Positions 43,578 through 61,604 of a stretch of DNA of 64,000 nt are shown one piece after another. Location: the NCBI RefSeq assembly GCF_009914755.1, contig NC_060928.1. One strand, given 5' to 3'. Source of the DNA: the human T2T-CHM13v2.0 reference genome, Homo sapiens. A program made the position numbers and the translations under genes. The notes below the pieces were generated by a model. It searched no databases. It was not told the origin of the DNA and saw nothing but the letters and a program-made list of their open reading frames with translations. Each line of letters opens with the position of its first letter. Position 1 is the stretch's first letter.

Positions 43578-46115
43578 CCACATCTCCCATGAATGTTTGA
43601 GATGGCAGGGTAATTTCCCTTGTGAATAGGCAGAGACAAGGTTTCAGCCAATGGGGAGCCAAGACTCATCTGTTCTACAGGCCCTCTTGCTTGCCAGCTC
43701 CTCCCAGAGCCCCTGATTTGCCATTCAGCAAGAACATGTGCACAGTGCAGTCTCTGCTGCTTAGTCTGGGTGATTTGCTCTACTTGAGCACATTCCTGGC
43801 AGCCTGAGAGTACATTGGATCTCCTAGCTCACCTGGAACCCAACCGTAAGGGTCTGGAGGATGGGGCCAGAACCAGTCCAGACAGCCCAGGGCTGTGGCA
43901 TGGAGCTCAGGAGTGCTGAGCTCAGATATGGGGCTAGCACACAAGCAAGGGAGGAGCCCACACTCTCAGAGCACTGAGAGGGGTGAAGTGCATGGGTTTG
44001 TAGGCCAGCATGGGGAAGGGTGTGCCTCCTTCTGCAGGGCCAGTCTGGAAAGTGTGTAGCCTGTCTCCCCGTGGAGGCCTCTGCCCCAGGGAGCTCCATG
44101 GCCTTGAACACCTAACAAAAGAAATGCAGGTGCAGTGCCAGTGATTGGAGGGGACTTCTCAGAGGCCCGTGAGTGGACCTGGTGAGGGGATCACCTCTCT
44201 TTTCCCTGCATCACAGAATATTGTTGTAAATGTGAGGAAATACAAAGGAGCTGCATGGCTAAGAGCCTCTCTACCAGCCATTACTTTTAAGTGTCATCTA
44301 CTGGATCACAGCCCGAACTAGAACACCAAAAATATTTTGCTAAATATACCCCTCTGTGAAACCAAGGGCAATAATGCAACAACAATAAAAACCCTGTACA
44401 TAGCCTTGGCCCTCTGAAAACATCTAGAAACAAAGCCAACTGATTGGCTCCACTTACACCATTATACCACAATTAAAGGAGAAGCCCTCCTAGATGAGAA
44501 AGAATCAGTGCAGGAACTCTGGCAATTCAAAAGACCAGAATGTGTCCTTACCTCCAAACCAGTCCGCTAGCTCCCCAACAGTGATTCTTAACCAATTTGA
44601 AATGACTGAAATCACAAAGAATTCATCATCTGAATGGTAAGGAAGCTCACTGAGATTCAAGAGATATTTCAAAGCCAATCTAAGGAATCCAGTAAAATGA
44701 TTCAAGAGCTGAAAGATGAAATAGTTATTTTAAGAAAGAACTAAATCTCTAGAGCTAAAAAATCAATACAAGAATTTCATAATACAACCAGAAGTATTAA
44801 CAGGAAAACAGAATGAGCTGAGGAAATAACCTCAGACCTCAAAGACTAGTTCTTTGAATTAACTCAGGCAGACAAAAATAAACAAAAATGAATTTTTGAA
44901 GATGATCAAAACCTCTGAGAAATATAGGATGATGTAAAGATACCAAATATATCACTTATTGGCATTTCTGAGAGAAATAGAAAGAGTATAAGCAAGTTGA
45001 AAAATATATTTGGGGATAGAGCCCACAAAAATTTCCCCAATCTCACTAGAGGATGACATGCAAATTCAAGAAATCCGGAGAACCCCAGCTAGATAATATA
45101 CAAGACAACTGTCCCCAAGGTGAATACTCATCAGATTCATGCAGGTCAGTGCATAAGAAAAAAAATTATAAAGGCAACAAGAGAGAAGGGTCCGGTCATG
45201 TATAAGGGGAAACCCATCAGGCTAGCAATGGATCTCTCAGCAGAAAACCTCACAGGCCAGAAGAGATTGGGGGCCTATTTTAAGCAACCTTAAATAAAAG
45301 ACATTTTGATCAAGGATTTCATATACTGCAAAACTAAACTTTATAAGTGAAGGAGAAATAAAGATATATTAAAAATTAAAATGTAAGACATCAATCTAGA
45401 AAAATCCTAGAGGAAAACTTAGACAATATCCTTTTTTACAGCAACCATAGACAAGAATTTTTGGTTACATCCCAAAAAGCAATTGCAACAAAGAAATATT
45501 AACAAGTGGGATCTAATTAAACTAAATAGTTCAACAGAGTAAGAAGACAACCTACAGAATGGTAGAAAATATTCACAAGCTATGCATCCAGCAAAGGTGA
45601 AATATCCAGAATCTATAAAAAATGTAATGCAACAATAAAAAAAGGACTTCATTAAAAATGGCCAAGAACATAAACAGATACTTTTCAAAAAAAGACATAC
45701 AAGTGGCCAAGAAACATATGAAAAAATGTTCAACATCACTAATCATTAGAGAAATGAAAATCCAAACCGCAATGAGATGCTATCTCACACCAGTCAGAAT
45801 GGCTATTATTAAAAAGTCAAGAAACAATAGATGCTGGTAAAGTTGCAGAGAAAAGGGAATGGTTACACACTACTGGTAGAAATGTAAATTAGATCAGCCA
45901 CTGTGGAAAGAGGTTTGGTGATTTTTCAAAGAACTTGAAATAGAAGTACCATTTCACTCAGCAATCCTATTTTTGGGTATATACCCAAAGGAATGTAAAT
46001 CATTCTGCTGTAAAGACAAATGCATGCATATGTTTATCACAGCAATATTCACAATAGCAAAGACATGGAATCAACCGAAATGTCCATCAATGTCAGTCTG
46101 GATAAAGAAAATATG

Positions 46116-46222
46116 CTAGGTGAGAGGTTGATAGGTGCAGGAAACCACTATGGCACTATGTAATGAACCTGCACATCCTGCACATGTACCCCAGAACTTA
46201 AAATAAAAATAAAAATTAAAAA
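46116..46222 (+). mobile_element. Severely 5'-truncated L1PA 3' tip (~100 bp) nested in the L1PA16-like element
   Basis: GGTTGATAGGTGCAG..AACCTGCACATCCTGCACATGTACCCCAGAACTTAAAATAAAA. The host AAGAAAAT-G motif appears on both sides. Confidence 0.8.
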
Positions 46223-49200
46223 GAAAAAAAATGTAGTGCATATACACTATGGAATACTATGCAGCCGTAAAAAAGAATGAGGTCATGTTCTTTGCAGCAA
46301 CCTGGATAGAGCTGGAGGCCATGAACCTAAGCCAGCTGATGGAGGAAGAGAAAACCAAATACTGCATATTCTCACTTCTAAGTGGGAGTGTAGCAGAATA
46401 CACATGGACACAAGGAAGAGAAGAACAGACACCAGGGCCTACTTAAGGGTGGAGGGTGGGAGGAGGGTAAAGATTGAAAAGCTACCTATCAAGTACTATG
46501 CTTATTACCTGGATGTGAAATAATCTGTACACCAAACCCCTGTAACATGCAATTTACCTATATAACAAATATAGGTGACAAAACTGCACATGTACTGCTG
46601 AACCTAAAATAAAAGATAAAAAAAAGAAAGAACAATAAAAAGTACAGTTCTTAGCTTACATGATTATGTGATGCTGCTCAATTTATATTTTGATATATTT
46701 TATCCATATTTATAATTAAATGTTATCAGCTCATAACCTAAAATACTGAAAAGAAAATGAGTTTTTGGTATACATTTTAGTTATTGGAAAATTTTTCGAT
46801 ATGCTTGGTACAATTTAGTTAATGGTATCTAACTTTTTAAATATAAAGTTTATGAAATCTAGACACAGATCCAATTTTTCTGACAAAAATTGTTATCCAA
46901 ATTGAGGTTTCCTATAAGTGTAGAATACACATTTGGTTTTAGATATTTATTATAAAAATATTTAAAGTATATTATTAATAAATTTAATCCTGATTACATG
47001 TTGAAATCATAAATTTTATGCATGCACTGAAACAAAATGTATTAAGTTTGTTCTACGTGTTTTCACTATTTTTAATGTGGCTGCTAGAAAACTTAAAATT
47101 ACATGTGTGGCTTGTCATATATTTCTATTAGATAGTCCCTAGGTCATGGAAACAAATGAGTAATCTAATTTCCAAAACTTGCTTTGGGGTTTCCTACAGA
47201 AACTCATCTTACCTTAGACTACTTTTACCTGAAGTTTCAGGAAAAAATAACAATGAAACCATATGGATTCTTACAGAGTGAGGCAACATGAGAACACTGC
47301 AGAGGCAACCTAGAAGGGCAAACATAATCAATTTTCAAACATGGATTATGCCTCACAGGTCCCTATTTAATAACTTCTATGTCTTACATACCCATGCCGA
47401 AATGTTATGGAGTCAAGACAAATGGTGGGAAGTTGGGAAATGGTTATCTGACAGAGGTGAGGAATATTGGAGTTTTGGGTGGGGGTCAGAGAAGAGAGGG
47501 GCAGGCCAAGAAGATATAAACGTGGCACCCAGAAGACAGCATCCCAGGCTGAAGAAGTTGTGAAAAAGTTTCAACAAATTGTCAACTCATAGTTTGTTCA
47601 TACTGCTCATGTAGTAAGCAAGTTCTGAAGGGTGGCAAGATGCAGAACCTGAAGATCTTAAGATATTCCCTGATGTGCCTGTGTGCAAAACCAGGGTTAA
47701 TTTATTAGATCATCTACTCTAAATCTCTTGTAAACTGCTGAATGTGGCAGTCCTGACTGCTGGGAATAAGGACTGATGGGGTATATGAATAACTCCCTGC
47801 TTAAGAAATGTCAACAAGCCCCCAAAAGCTATGTTGAGAGGTTGTACCTTACAGTGAAATTGACCTCACCACCTGTATTATAGAATAGGAGCACATAAAT
47901 TCCCTCAATATGCCATGTCTCAAAAAAGTGTGTGCATAAATGTGCTGTCCAAGAATAGAACTCTACTTTTTTTCAACATAAACAAGTTTTTCAGTTATCG
48001 AGTGTCTAATTGTCGTTGAACTGTCAAGTGACACATAGAGCAAAAGAGCAGAATGATCTTAAAAGTATAACAGTATTAGGTTTCATTTTTCCTATGCTGT
48101 CCTTAAGATTTAGGAATAAGATTAAGTCAAAGGTAAATGCCCATTAATGAAACAGGAATAACCAAAGGAAATGTTACATATTTGTTGATAGTACTTTCAT
48201 CATTAGATCTGATTGGATCAGCTGAATGTTAAAAAAATAAATGTATCAGCAATGATGTAATGGACTTAATATAATAAGCAATAATAACATATTTGGTTCT
48301 GGAATAATATTAGCTTTCTATACAAGTCACACTAAAATGATTATGTTTCTATTTAATTCTGTATTCCATAGACTGATTCTCACATACTTAAATTTTTGAT
48401 TTTTCTACATGTCAGAATTGAACATTTTATATAACATAAAAATGAGATACAATTGGAGAAATAAGGTGAAATTAATAGTGTAGATTTTATATAAAATTTT
48501 GGATTTGGTACCTCACTAACTGAAATCACTGGGTAATGAAATGTGAGCATTCCTCCCGGAGCAGGGCTGCAACCTCTATTGCTTATCCCTGACCTCCATT
48601 ATTTGAAAAAATAAACTTAGCCCTGTGTTCTAAGGTTGGATTTTAAAAAAAAAAGATATCGATGCATGAATGTGTGGTGAAATTTTTAAAAATATGCAAT
48701 GACTCTTGGAAATATACTCTCTCTTTTAGAAAGAAGAAGAAAGAGAGTGTAAGAGAGAGGATGCGCCAATTTATTTTTTATTTTTTATTTTTTTTTTTTT
48801 TGCTCCTGTGAGCTGTCCATGCCAGAGCAGAGTCTTAGCAATGTTTTCTATGACAATGCCTTAGCTGGTTTCCATTTTTAAAGTCCTACTATGCCTCTGA
48901 AACAAGGCTAGCTGCTTCAACTGTAGGAATATTCATATTACCTCTTTCCTACCTCCTGAATATCTGTGGTAAATAAGCTTTTGACAAAGTTTTTAAACAC
49001 TATCATTTTCTTAGCTATAATTATATACAATTCAGTCACTACTACCAAACAAGGGGATGAGGGGAATATCATTAAAAGAAAAAAAATGTCAAAGGCAAAT
49101 TCTCTTTCCAACCAGTGTGTTTCTTTAAACACAGACTGCATTGAGTAGTCCTTACTTTTAGCCATGGATATTTTCATACTGCTAGGGGACTTTCTCTCTA

Positions 49201-50265
49201 AAGTCATATTTTATTCCCCATTCTAAAATGCCTAGTCACAATCATATGAACCCCTTGTACTAGGAAAATAATAACCCACCCTGCTTGAACAAACACTGTG
49301 GGATTTTTAGACAATGATAGGCTTTCAGAATAAACTGTTACCTTGGGACTCTACAGACAGGTTTTGTTTTGTTCACACAGTATTTCTTTGATTGTTAAAT
49401 TTGATGAATATTTTACACAACCAGGTAATTTAATATGAAAATCTACATTTCTAGTTTCTTCCCCAAAACAGAAAAATTGCATAACTGTAAATCAAAATTT
49501 CTACCTGGTAGTCATCAACTAGAGCTGAGAAGCCACCTCCTCTTTATATGACTCTTAAGTTTGTCTGTCTTCTTTCATGAGGTAGCTCTATTCATTACAT
49601 TCTTGACCTGACCCCTATAAGCTTTGTTTTTTGGAATCTCTGGTCAGAATCTCCTGAATAACGGGGAATTAGAGAGCTGCAAACCATGTGCCTATCACCT
49701 TCCTTAAGTTATGACCCACTGAAAAATAAAATCCAGAAAGAAAATATCAAAAGATGAGCTTCAATTACAATAGAAAAATGATTAAAGACTGTGGCTTTAA
49801 ATCTGTGCCCAAATGTGTTTTCAAATGTTCCCACCACCATTAATCCCATCTGTAAGCCTAGACCGTAAGATAGCTCACTCAAGATTTGAAGAACAAACTC
49901 ACACAAGATCCTTGCCTCATACTGATCAAAAGCACAGAGGAGAGAAATGAAAGTTAATCTCAAAGGTGTTTTTTTTTTTTATTTTTAGATTACCTCTATC
50001 CAGGAAAAGAAACCTGGATAATGAATATCATACTTTTTCAACCACCAATTAGCAATTTATTCCTTACCTGAACAGTGGGAATGGTGTAAAGAGAGGCCTT
50101 GTAAAGAAAGCTCACCACATGGAAGGCCAGGAGAATGAATTCTTTCCTAGAATTAGTATTTCCTAGTAAAGCAATAAATGGGGATCTGAATCTTCATAAA
50201 GCAACACTATAGTGGGGTAGTGAATAAAATAAACTTAAAACGGTAATGGTAGCTAATTGAAAAGG

Positions 50266-51140
50266 TAGTGGCAGAGACTTCTGGTTCCTTAGCAAATATC
50301 CTTTTTCCAATTATCTAACAAATTAATACAATTTTTATTTTAGCTGAGCACATTGCCACACAAGTAAAGAAACAACTTCTGTTTCAACTAGGTGTGGTCA
50401 TGTGAGTAAGTCTGGTCACTGAGGTACAAGTGGATAAGTGATACGGAACTTCCAAGAAGTCTTCTTGCAAAGATGGAGGTATACCCTTTGTCTTGGTCCA
50501 TTAGTGCTGCTACAAAGGAATACCTGGGCCTGGGAATATATAAAGAAAAGAGATTTACGTGGCTCATGGTTCTGTAGGCTGTACAAGAAGCAAGGCACCA
50601 GCATCTGCTTCAGGTGAAGGCCTCAGGCTGCTTCCACTCACGGCAGAAGGGGAAGGGAAGCCAGTGTGGGCAGACATACATGGTGAGAGAAAAGGCAAGA
50701 CAGAATGGAGGAGGACACCCGTCTCTTTTTAACCACCTGTTCACGAAGGAACTAATAGAATGAGAACTCACTCATTACTGTGAGGACAGCACCAATGACC
50801 CAGACACCTCCCATTAAGACCCACCTCCAACACTGGAGATCAAATGAGATTTAGGGGAGTCAAATATCCAAGATATAGCACCCTTTTACAATCCTCGTTT
50901 CATTTTCTGTTACTTGAAACACAGATGCAATGACTGAAGCTTTAGCAGTCATTTTGGACTATGATGACAATGCTGTGTGTTAGAAAGAATCCCAGGCCCC
51001 CAATGCCCATAAAACCATCAGTCCAGTGCTATAATAATCTACAGAATTATTTCACATTAGGGAGAAATGTACATGTATATTATTTAAGTCATTCTTGCTT
51101 AAGATTCTATTTTGTAAAGCTGAACTTAAACCTAATTTAT
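50266..51140 (+). mobile_element. MLT1 (MLT1J-like) LTR split by an MST LTR
   Basis: TAGTGGCAGAGAC..CTAGGTGTGGTCATGTGA before the insertion, and GCAGTCATTTTGGACTATGA..TTATTTAAGTCA..CCTAATTTATA after it. Confidence 0.65.
50489..50880 (-). mobile_element. MSTB-type solo LTR
   Basis: TGTCTTGGTCCATT...CAAATATCCAAGATATAGCA, with TSD CCCTT at 50484-50488 and 50881-50885. Confidence 0.9.
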
Positions 51141-51339
51141 AAGACTTCAGTATGAAACAAATTATTCCAAAGAGATAAATCATAAATTGGCATGATAAAG
51201 AAGCTCTACATCATTTCTTTGTGTAGACTACAAATTATAGGAGCACTTAGAGTGTTTGTTTGAAAAATAAATATTCAGTTACATAGTTAATATCAGGTAA
51301 CAACATTTACATCCCACAGAAAGCATATTATATACTGTT

Positions 51340-52360
51340 ATTAACCTCCCTGCCTGCAAACTTGTTGCCCTGTTCTGCCTTCTTCCCCCATTCTGTGCTC
51401 AGCAAGGCTAAAGCAATTCTATAAAAAGAATTATAATCATATCACCCTCTTGCTTAAAACATGTTAATAACAATTCTATGTCTCAGGTAAGGGAAAAATT
51501 CTTTACCATGCCATACAATCCCCTTTATAATGTGATCCTTGATGACCTCTTTGCCCTCATCCTGTACCCCTCCTTATCTCTTCTTATGCAATATGTGCCA
51601 TGCTGTCTCTTAACTATGTGTATTTGTACTTGCTTTTCCTTCCATCTGAAGCACTTTCCACTTTTACACTTCTGTTTCAGAGGCTTTCTATTCACTCCAT
51701 AAATTCCATTTCCTCTTCCTTATAAATATTTCACAACCTCCCTTGCATGAGGATAGAATTGTGTAAGTAGTCTGGATAAAAAATTATGGTCAAAATGATA
51801 TACAAAACCTTCAGAGTTAGGTGAAAACATTGTTCCATCTGCCAAGCTTACTCTTCCTCATTTGTACATTTGGAATAAAAGGAATCTGAGATGATGAAGC
51901 CAAGATGATGAACCTTGAAGGAACCAAGACTCTTGAAAGGGTAGTTATCCTGAAGAGCCATCATTCTGCATCATAATGTAGCATGATAAAGAAGTACACC
52001 TTTAGGGTACTGGTCCACTTTATTTATACCACAGCACAGCCTAACTTAACCTGATTAATGAAATATGCCTAATATTTCTAATGCTTCAGTATTTAAATTC
52101 AGCATCTCTTCCTCATGGAAGCTTTCCCTGACATACCTCCAACTTCTCAGTTCATGTTATATCTCACACCTGAATGTTTCTGAAGACTTCTGTGTATTTC
52201 TGTGTAGCATTTTATTATTACAATTTTTGATTTACTTATTAGTCTAATTCCACAGGATTGTAAACTTGTTCAGGATAGAGCCAGTTGTTGACTTCAGTAT
52301 CCATAGCATCTAGTATCTTGCTAGTCTTTAGTAATTATTGAATGGAGATGAATGAGATAA
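51340..52360 (+). mobile_element. L2 fragments (about 51340-51720 and 52090-52360)
   Basis: ATCATATCACCCTCTTGCTTAAAAC, and GATTGTAAACTTGTTCAGG..GAATGGAGATGAATGA 3' end. Confidence 0.55.
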
Positions 52361-52667
<307 letters not shown>

Positions 52668-52885
52668 AGAATGTTTTTTAGAAACATTTTTGGAAACAAT
52701 ATATTACCTTATAAAAACAACATAAAACAATACTGCTGACCATGAATTTTATTATTAATACAAAGGATTGAAAAACAATTACTTTATGATGAAGTGATTT
52801 TTAAAATATCACATTTCAGGCATGTGGGACTTGAAGTTCAGTTTAAATATTTGCAGAAAGAAGGCACAAGATCTTTTGAAAACTG

Positions 52886-53292
52886 GTGTTGTTTGGTTGT
52901 TCAAAGAAGCAGACTCTGACAGGAAATTTAGCCTGCAGAATAATCGCTAAACAATGTCCTTGGGGTCGACAATGATGGAAGGAATGGGAAGGGAGTAGGA
53001 CTGGGCAGAGGGAGAACTCAAGCTAAGAGGCAGGCTCAATGGCAGCTTTTGCTCACTCCATGGTGCTTCACAAATGTCCTGAGTTGGGTATAAAGGTGGA
53101 CAAAACTTCAAAGTCATCCATTAATCAGTCATTGGATATAGGCTATCCAAGGAAGGGATTTGGCATTGGGCAAATAGTTTCCCACAGATGAAGCAATCCC
53201 TAAAGTGACTGACAGTTGTAGGCTCTCTGCTGGCAGCACTTTCAGAAACTGGGTAAGGGAGTTTAGGGTTGCATACCACAGTTCCTACTACA
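52886..53292 (-). mobile_element. LTR16-family solo LTR
   Basis: GAAGCAGACTCTGA..GGACTGGGCAGAGGGAGAA..CAGTCATTGGAT..CCACAGTTCCTACTACA. Homologous to 7240-7648. Confidence 0.72.
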
Positions 53293-54214
53293 GTGGTCTT
53301 TTTCTCTCAATTCCACACATGTACCATTGCTCTGGCACCACAATACTTTTGCACGTTTCAGTTTTGTTCTATTTGACATCTGAGGTGTAAAGATAATAAG
53401 GGATTAATAATGTATGACAAAGAACATCACACTTTGCAGCACACATGTAAAATCAAATATTTAATTCAATTGTCTACAGTTTTAATAAAACTAGTAAACA
53501 AAATGAAGTATGCAAAGCAACAGTATAATGGAATTATCTTAGAGACTTACAGAAAAGTTAGATTATTTTTGTTTTTCTTTTTGTTTTTAAACTAGTCAAG
53601 TAAAGGGACATAGATAGGAAATGAACATTATATCTTTGGCTATTTCTGTATCTCCACGCTTCCCCTTCCCTCACAAATTCTGAATAAGAACTTGTAAAAC
53701 ACTAAGTATTTATCAATGCAGATGGAGTAAACAAGAAAAAACTGTAAGACAAAAAAGGAGAAAGTTTAATAATTAATGAGTAAAGGTATGTAATAGGAAG
53801 GAAAAAATAAAGAATAAAGAGAGCAATATTTTGCTAATCTCAATATTGACCATCAAAACAACAAAGACTAAATATTATTCTGGGTCAAAAGATGTGTATT
53901 TTTGAAGGTGATTGCAAAAAGTTGGTGTTGAAATGTAGGAATCAAAATAAATAAACATTGGACTCAGAAAATGTTACTGTTGGAAAGAATTCATGCTATA
54001 CCTGTTGAAGGAGTCTCAAAGAATGACTATTTGTTATCCCTAAGATTTTGCAAGTTTTTCTGCAAAACAACTCTTATGTTTTAATTTAGAGGTTTTTTTT
54101 TCCTGTGCATTGGATGCAGATGTGATTTCAAGATCCCTTAAAATATTTGAGCATCAATATTTTCCATGAAAGCTCTGTAAACTGGGGATTTGTCTGTTGA
54201 AATTAAAAAGCCCA

Positions 54215-54640
54215 CCCTAATAGAACATCTATTCTACTGGGGATAATCAGACAATAAATAAGATAAATAAGTAAAAAATAACAACTGTGATGAAGAAAAA
54301 TAAAACAGAAGGGAAACTGGGAAGGTGGGGCAGAATATTAAACAGGTTTTGTAGAGCATCTGTGGGAATGTGACATTAGGTCTTTATTTAAAGACCTAAT
54401 GCAGATGAGGGAGAAAGTCATGTAGCTATTTGGGGGACAGAGGAAACGGCAAGTGTCTGCTGGGTCCAAAGTACATTAGGGAAAACAGTACAAATAAAAT
54501 GCCAGAGCACAGAGAAATGCAGTAGAAGATGAGATCAGAGAGGTAAAGGATGGCTAGAGAGTATACTATATTACAAGGCTATCAGAAAAATGTAAGCAAT
54601 TTGGCTTTTATACTAAGTGAAACGAACAGGTTTTGAAAAA
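54215..54640 (-). mobile_element. L2 fragment
   Basis: AAAGACCTAATGCAGATGAGGGAG..AGTAGAAGATGAGATCAGAGAGGTAA..TTTGGCTTTTATACTAAGTGA. Confidence 0.6.
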
Positions 54641-54769
54641 ATAAACCCAGAGTAATAAAAGAAATATTGAAATCATGAAATAAGAACAGGAGGTTATTTG
54701 AAAAGTAAAATTCAGAGACAATAAAATAATTATTGAAAATTTAAAATATGAACAAAATAATAAAAACTA

Positions 54770-59290
<4,521 letters not shown>

Positions 59291-59299
59291 TGCAAAAAA

Positions 59300-60800
59300 A
59301 AGTAGAAGTTAAATTTGAAGACATCTCCCTGAATGTAGAACTACCAAGCAAAGAGATGTAAAACTGGAAAGAAGAGATAAACAAACATCATTCTAGAGTC
59401 TATTACCTATGTGAGACAAACCAGTTAATAAAAAAGCACAAGAATTGAAGGACATGAGTCTTCAAATCAAAATGACCTACAGATTGCCCAGAGTAAGAAA
59501 TAAAAAAATACACACAAGCATGCGTGTGTGTATATATGCCTATATATGTGTGTGTGTACACATACACACACATAAATATATTCATATGTATAGAACCAAA
59601 GGACAAAATGAAAAAGAATTAGGTGATATATAAAGGATCAGGCAACGGAATAGCATTGGACGTCTTAGCAGCATATCTTGGAGCTAGAAAACAATGGAAC
59701 ATGTGTATTAGTGAGCACAAACTGATTTCTGTAACACACAATTCTCAAATCCCAGCGGCTCAACACATAGTTTTTAATTATTTCTCATGACTTAGACCTA
59801 TCTGTGATAGTAGTATTTGCGGAGCCTACATCTTCTCATATAGTACTTCTACTGTCACCTACGGCCTTAGAGTTCACCAACTGCAATTAGGCTGCAATTT
59901 AATAAAAGAGGGCAATTTCTGTGGAGGTTGTAAGGACCGGAGCTGGAAATTGCATACATCACTAAAACCCAGCCATGTGTCCCCTACTAGTAAAGAAGGC
60001 CAATAGAAAAATGAAGCAGTGTATGTTTTTACCATACAACAAAGTGTATATCTTTGCCATATAATTCCTTCACAATTCTAGGGAAATATGATTTCCAACC
60101 TGGGATCTAACAACTGTAAATCAAGTCTGAAGGTAAAGAGTTCAGCTATGCCAAATCTCAAACTTACCCTCCTTGTGAATTTCTCAGTAAACTTATTAAA
60201 GATAATCTAGCGATGAAAAAACCAATCAAGATATAAAATCAGAGTATTCAAGAAAGAAGAATGCAATGAGCCCTATACTTATAGGGAAGGGAGATCTCAA
60301 GAAGACAGTGGTATGTGAGGTTTAGCAAGCAACTGGTAAATACAGGAGGACAGGCAGTTTAAGGAGGGATATATCTGAATAAGAAAATGAAATTGAAGAT
60401 TGGTAGAAAGTATTTAAACTTATTGTTGGGAGATATTTTATTCCTATGGGCAAAATGTTTGGGTCTATATTAGTAATATTTTCATGAAAAACTAAGCAAA
60501 TCAGAGGATCAATATTAACTGAGAAACAAAGACATGTAAAAAAGATGTGCAATTATGGTAAAGAATATGGCTTAGCTATGAATTAAAATTATGCACTCAT
60601 AAAAAGTTAAATGCTCAGCATTAGTATAAGCACGTATTATGGTATAACAACAGTGTGATGGATGGGGAAGGGAATGTGCATGCATGAGAAGGTGTTCAAT
60701 AGAGCTTCATTCTCAAAATCTAAAAACAAATCTAAGTAAAAACATATTATTTAAATACAGAGATAAATATCAGAAGAAACACTTAAAAGCGCTGAACTTT
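59300..60800 (+). mobile_element. Very old L1ME/HAL1-like ORF1-region remnants with an MLT1 fragment (~59703-60030)
   Basis: AGAATTGAAGGACATGAGTCTTCAAAT, GGAGCTAGAAAACAATGGA and ATGATTTCCAACCT motifs. Highly diverged. Confidence 0.45.
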
Positions 60801-61604
60801 GTGACCTCTGAGAAGAATGTGGGTTTGTTGAGTAGGGAAGAGGCCACTGGATTTTCTTAAGCGCTTTATAAAACTGTAGCTGTAGGGAGGGAAAGACATC
60901 CCTTATTGCCAAGTATATGCCATCCCTGCTTTAGAGCTATATGATTTAGGATAAATGCACAAAAGGATTAATATTGCAAGTAAATTGGGAAAAAATACTT
61001 GGGAGAAAATTGTTTGACTTCAGTAGATTTTATTTAAAACCGAATGAGTTAAAGTCAATACACAACTCATAAAAGCAAGGTGTGAGAAGTACTTATTTCC
61101 TTTACTAGATTATTACACTTTATTACCCAGATTACTAAACAGAGCTCAAAACCATGTACAGGTTACACATACATATAACTAGAAAAGTGGCAAGTAGAAA
61201 CATTCACATATGAATTACGAGGCACTATGAGAAATGCAGCAAAGTTCAAGGAACTAGTGAAAGAGCTGTGCATAGGAAAGTCAATGTAACAAGAAGGAGA
61301 GCAAAGATAGTCATAATAAAGTGTTCTTAGTAGATATGGTAAAACATTTTAAAAAGTTGAAGTGAAAGTGATTTAAGAAGAGAAAGAGGAAAAAAGTAGA
61401 GCTAGAATGTCATTCCTAAAAAGCAGCAGTCACTCAGAAGGAGAGGATTTGGACTATTGTGAGTCTAAGTGTGGCTTGCGTGTGTCAGGTTGAAAATATT
61501 TTGTTCTCTTGACATTATATCTCAATGCAAGTATCACTAATGTTCTGTTAAAAAAAAAAACGTGATTACCAGCCAGACTGATTTTTTTTTTCAATTTATC
61601 ACCA

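Larger units (their letters stand above)
42891..46630 (+). mobile_element. L1PA16-like element with 5'UTR, ORF1 and 3' end, most of ORF2 deleted
   Basis: GGGAGAACAAGATCGCTGAC 5' end and ORF1 to ~45365, then a jump to ORF2 C-terminal sequence ([19 protein letters not shown]). L1PA15/16-type 3'UTR and A-tail. Confidence 0.85.
41095..47140 (+). mobile_element. Charlie1-family hAT DNA transposon, fragmented by nested insertions
   Basis: MER3/MER33-like left end (CACTAAGTACATGTGGC..TGAAATGTG..TTTTAATTAATTTTAATTT) and MER33-like right end (AATGTGGCTGCTAGAAAACTTAAAATTACATGTGTGGC..TTTCTATTAGATAG). That the two ends belong to one element is inferred. Confidence 0.6.

Noticed and set aside
48540-48900. 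Unique segment with a purine run and long T-tract, as a retrocopy tail or splice acceptor
   Set aside because: No TSD, no recognisable body and no well-placed AG. Low-complexity sequence is a sufficient explanation.
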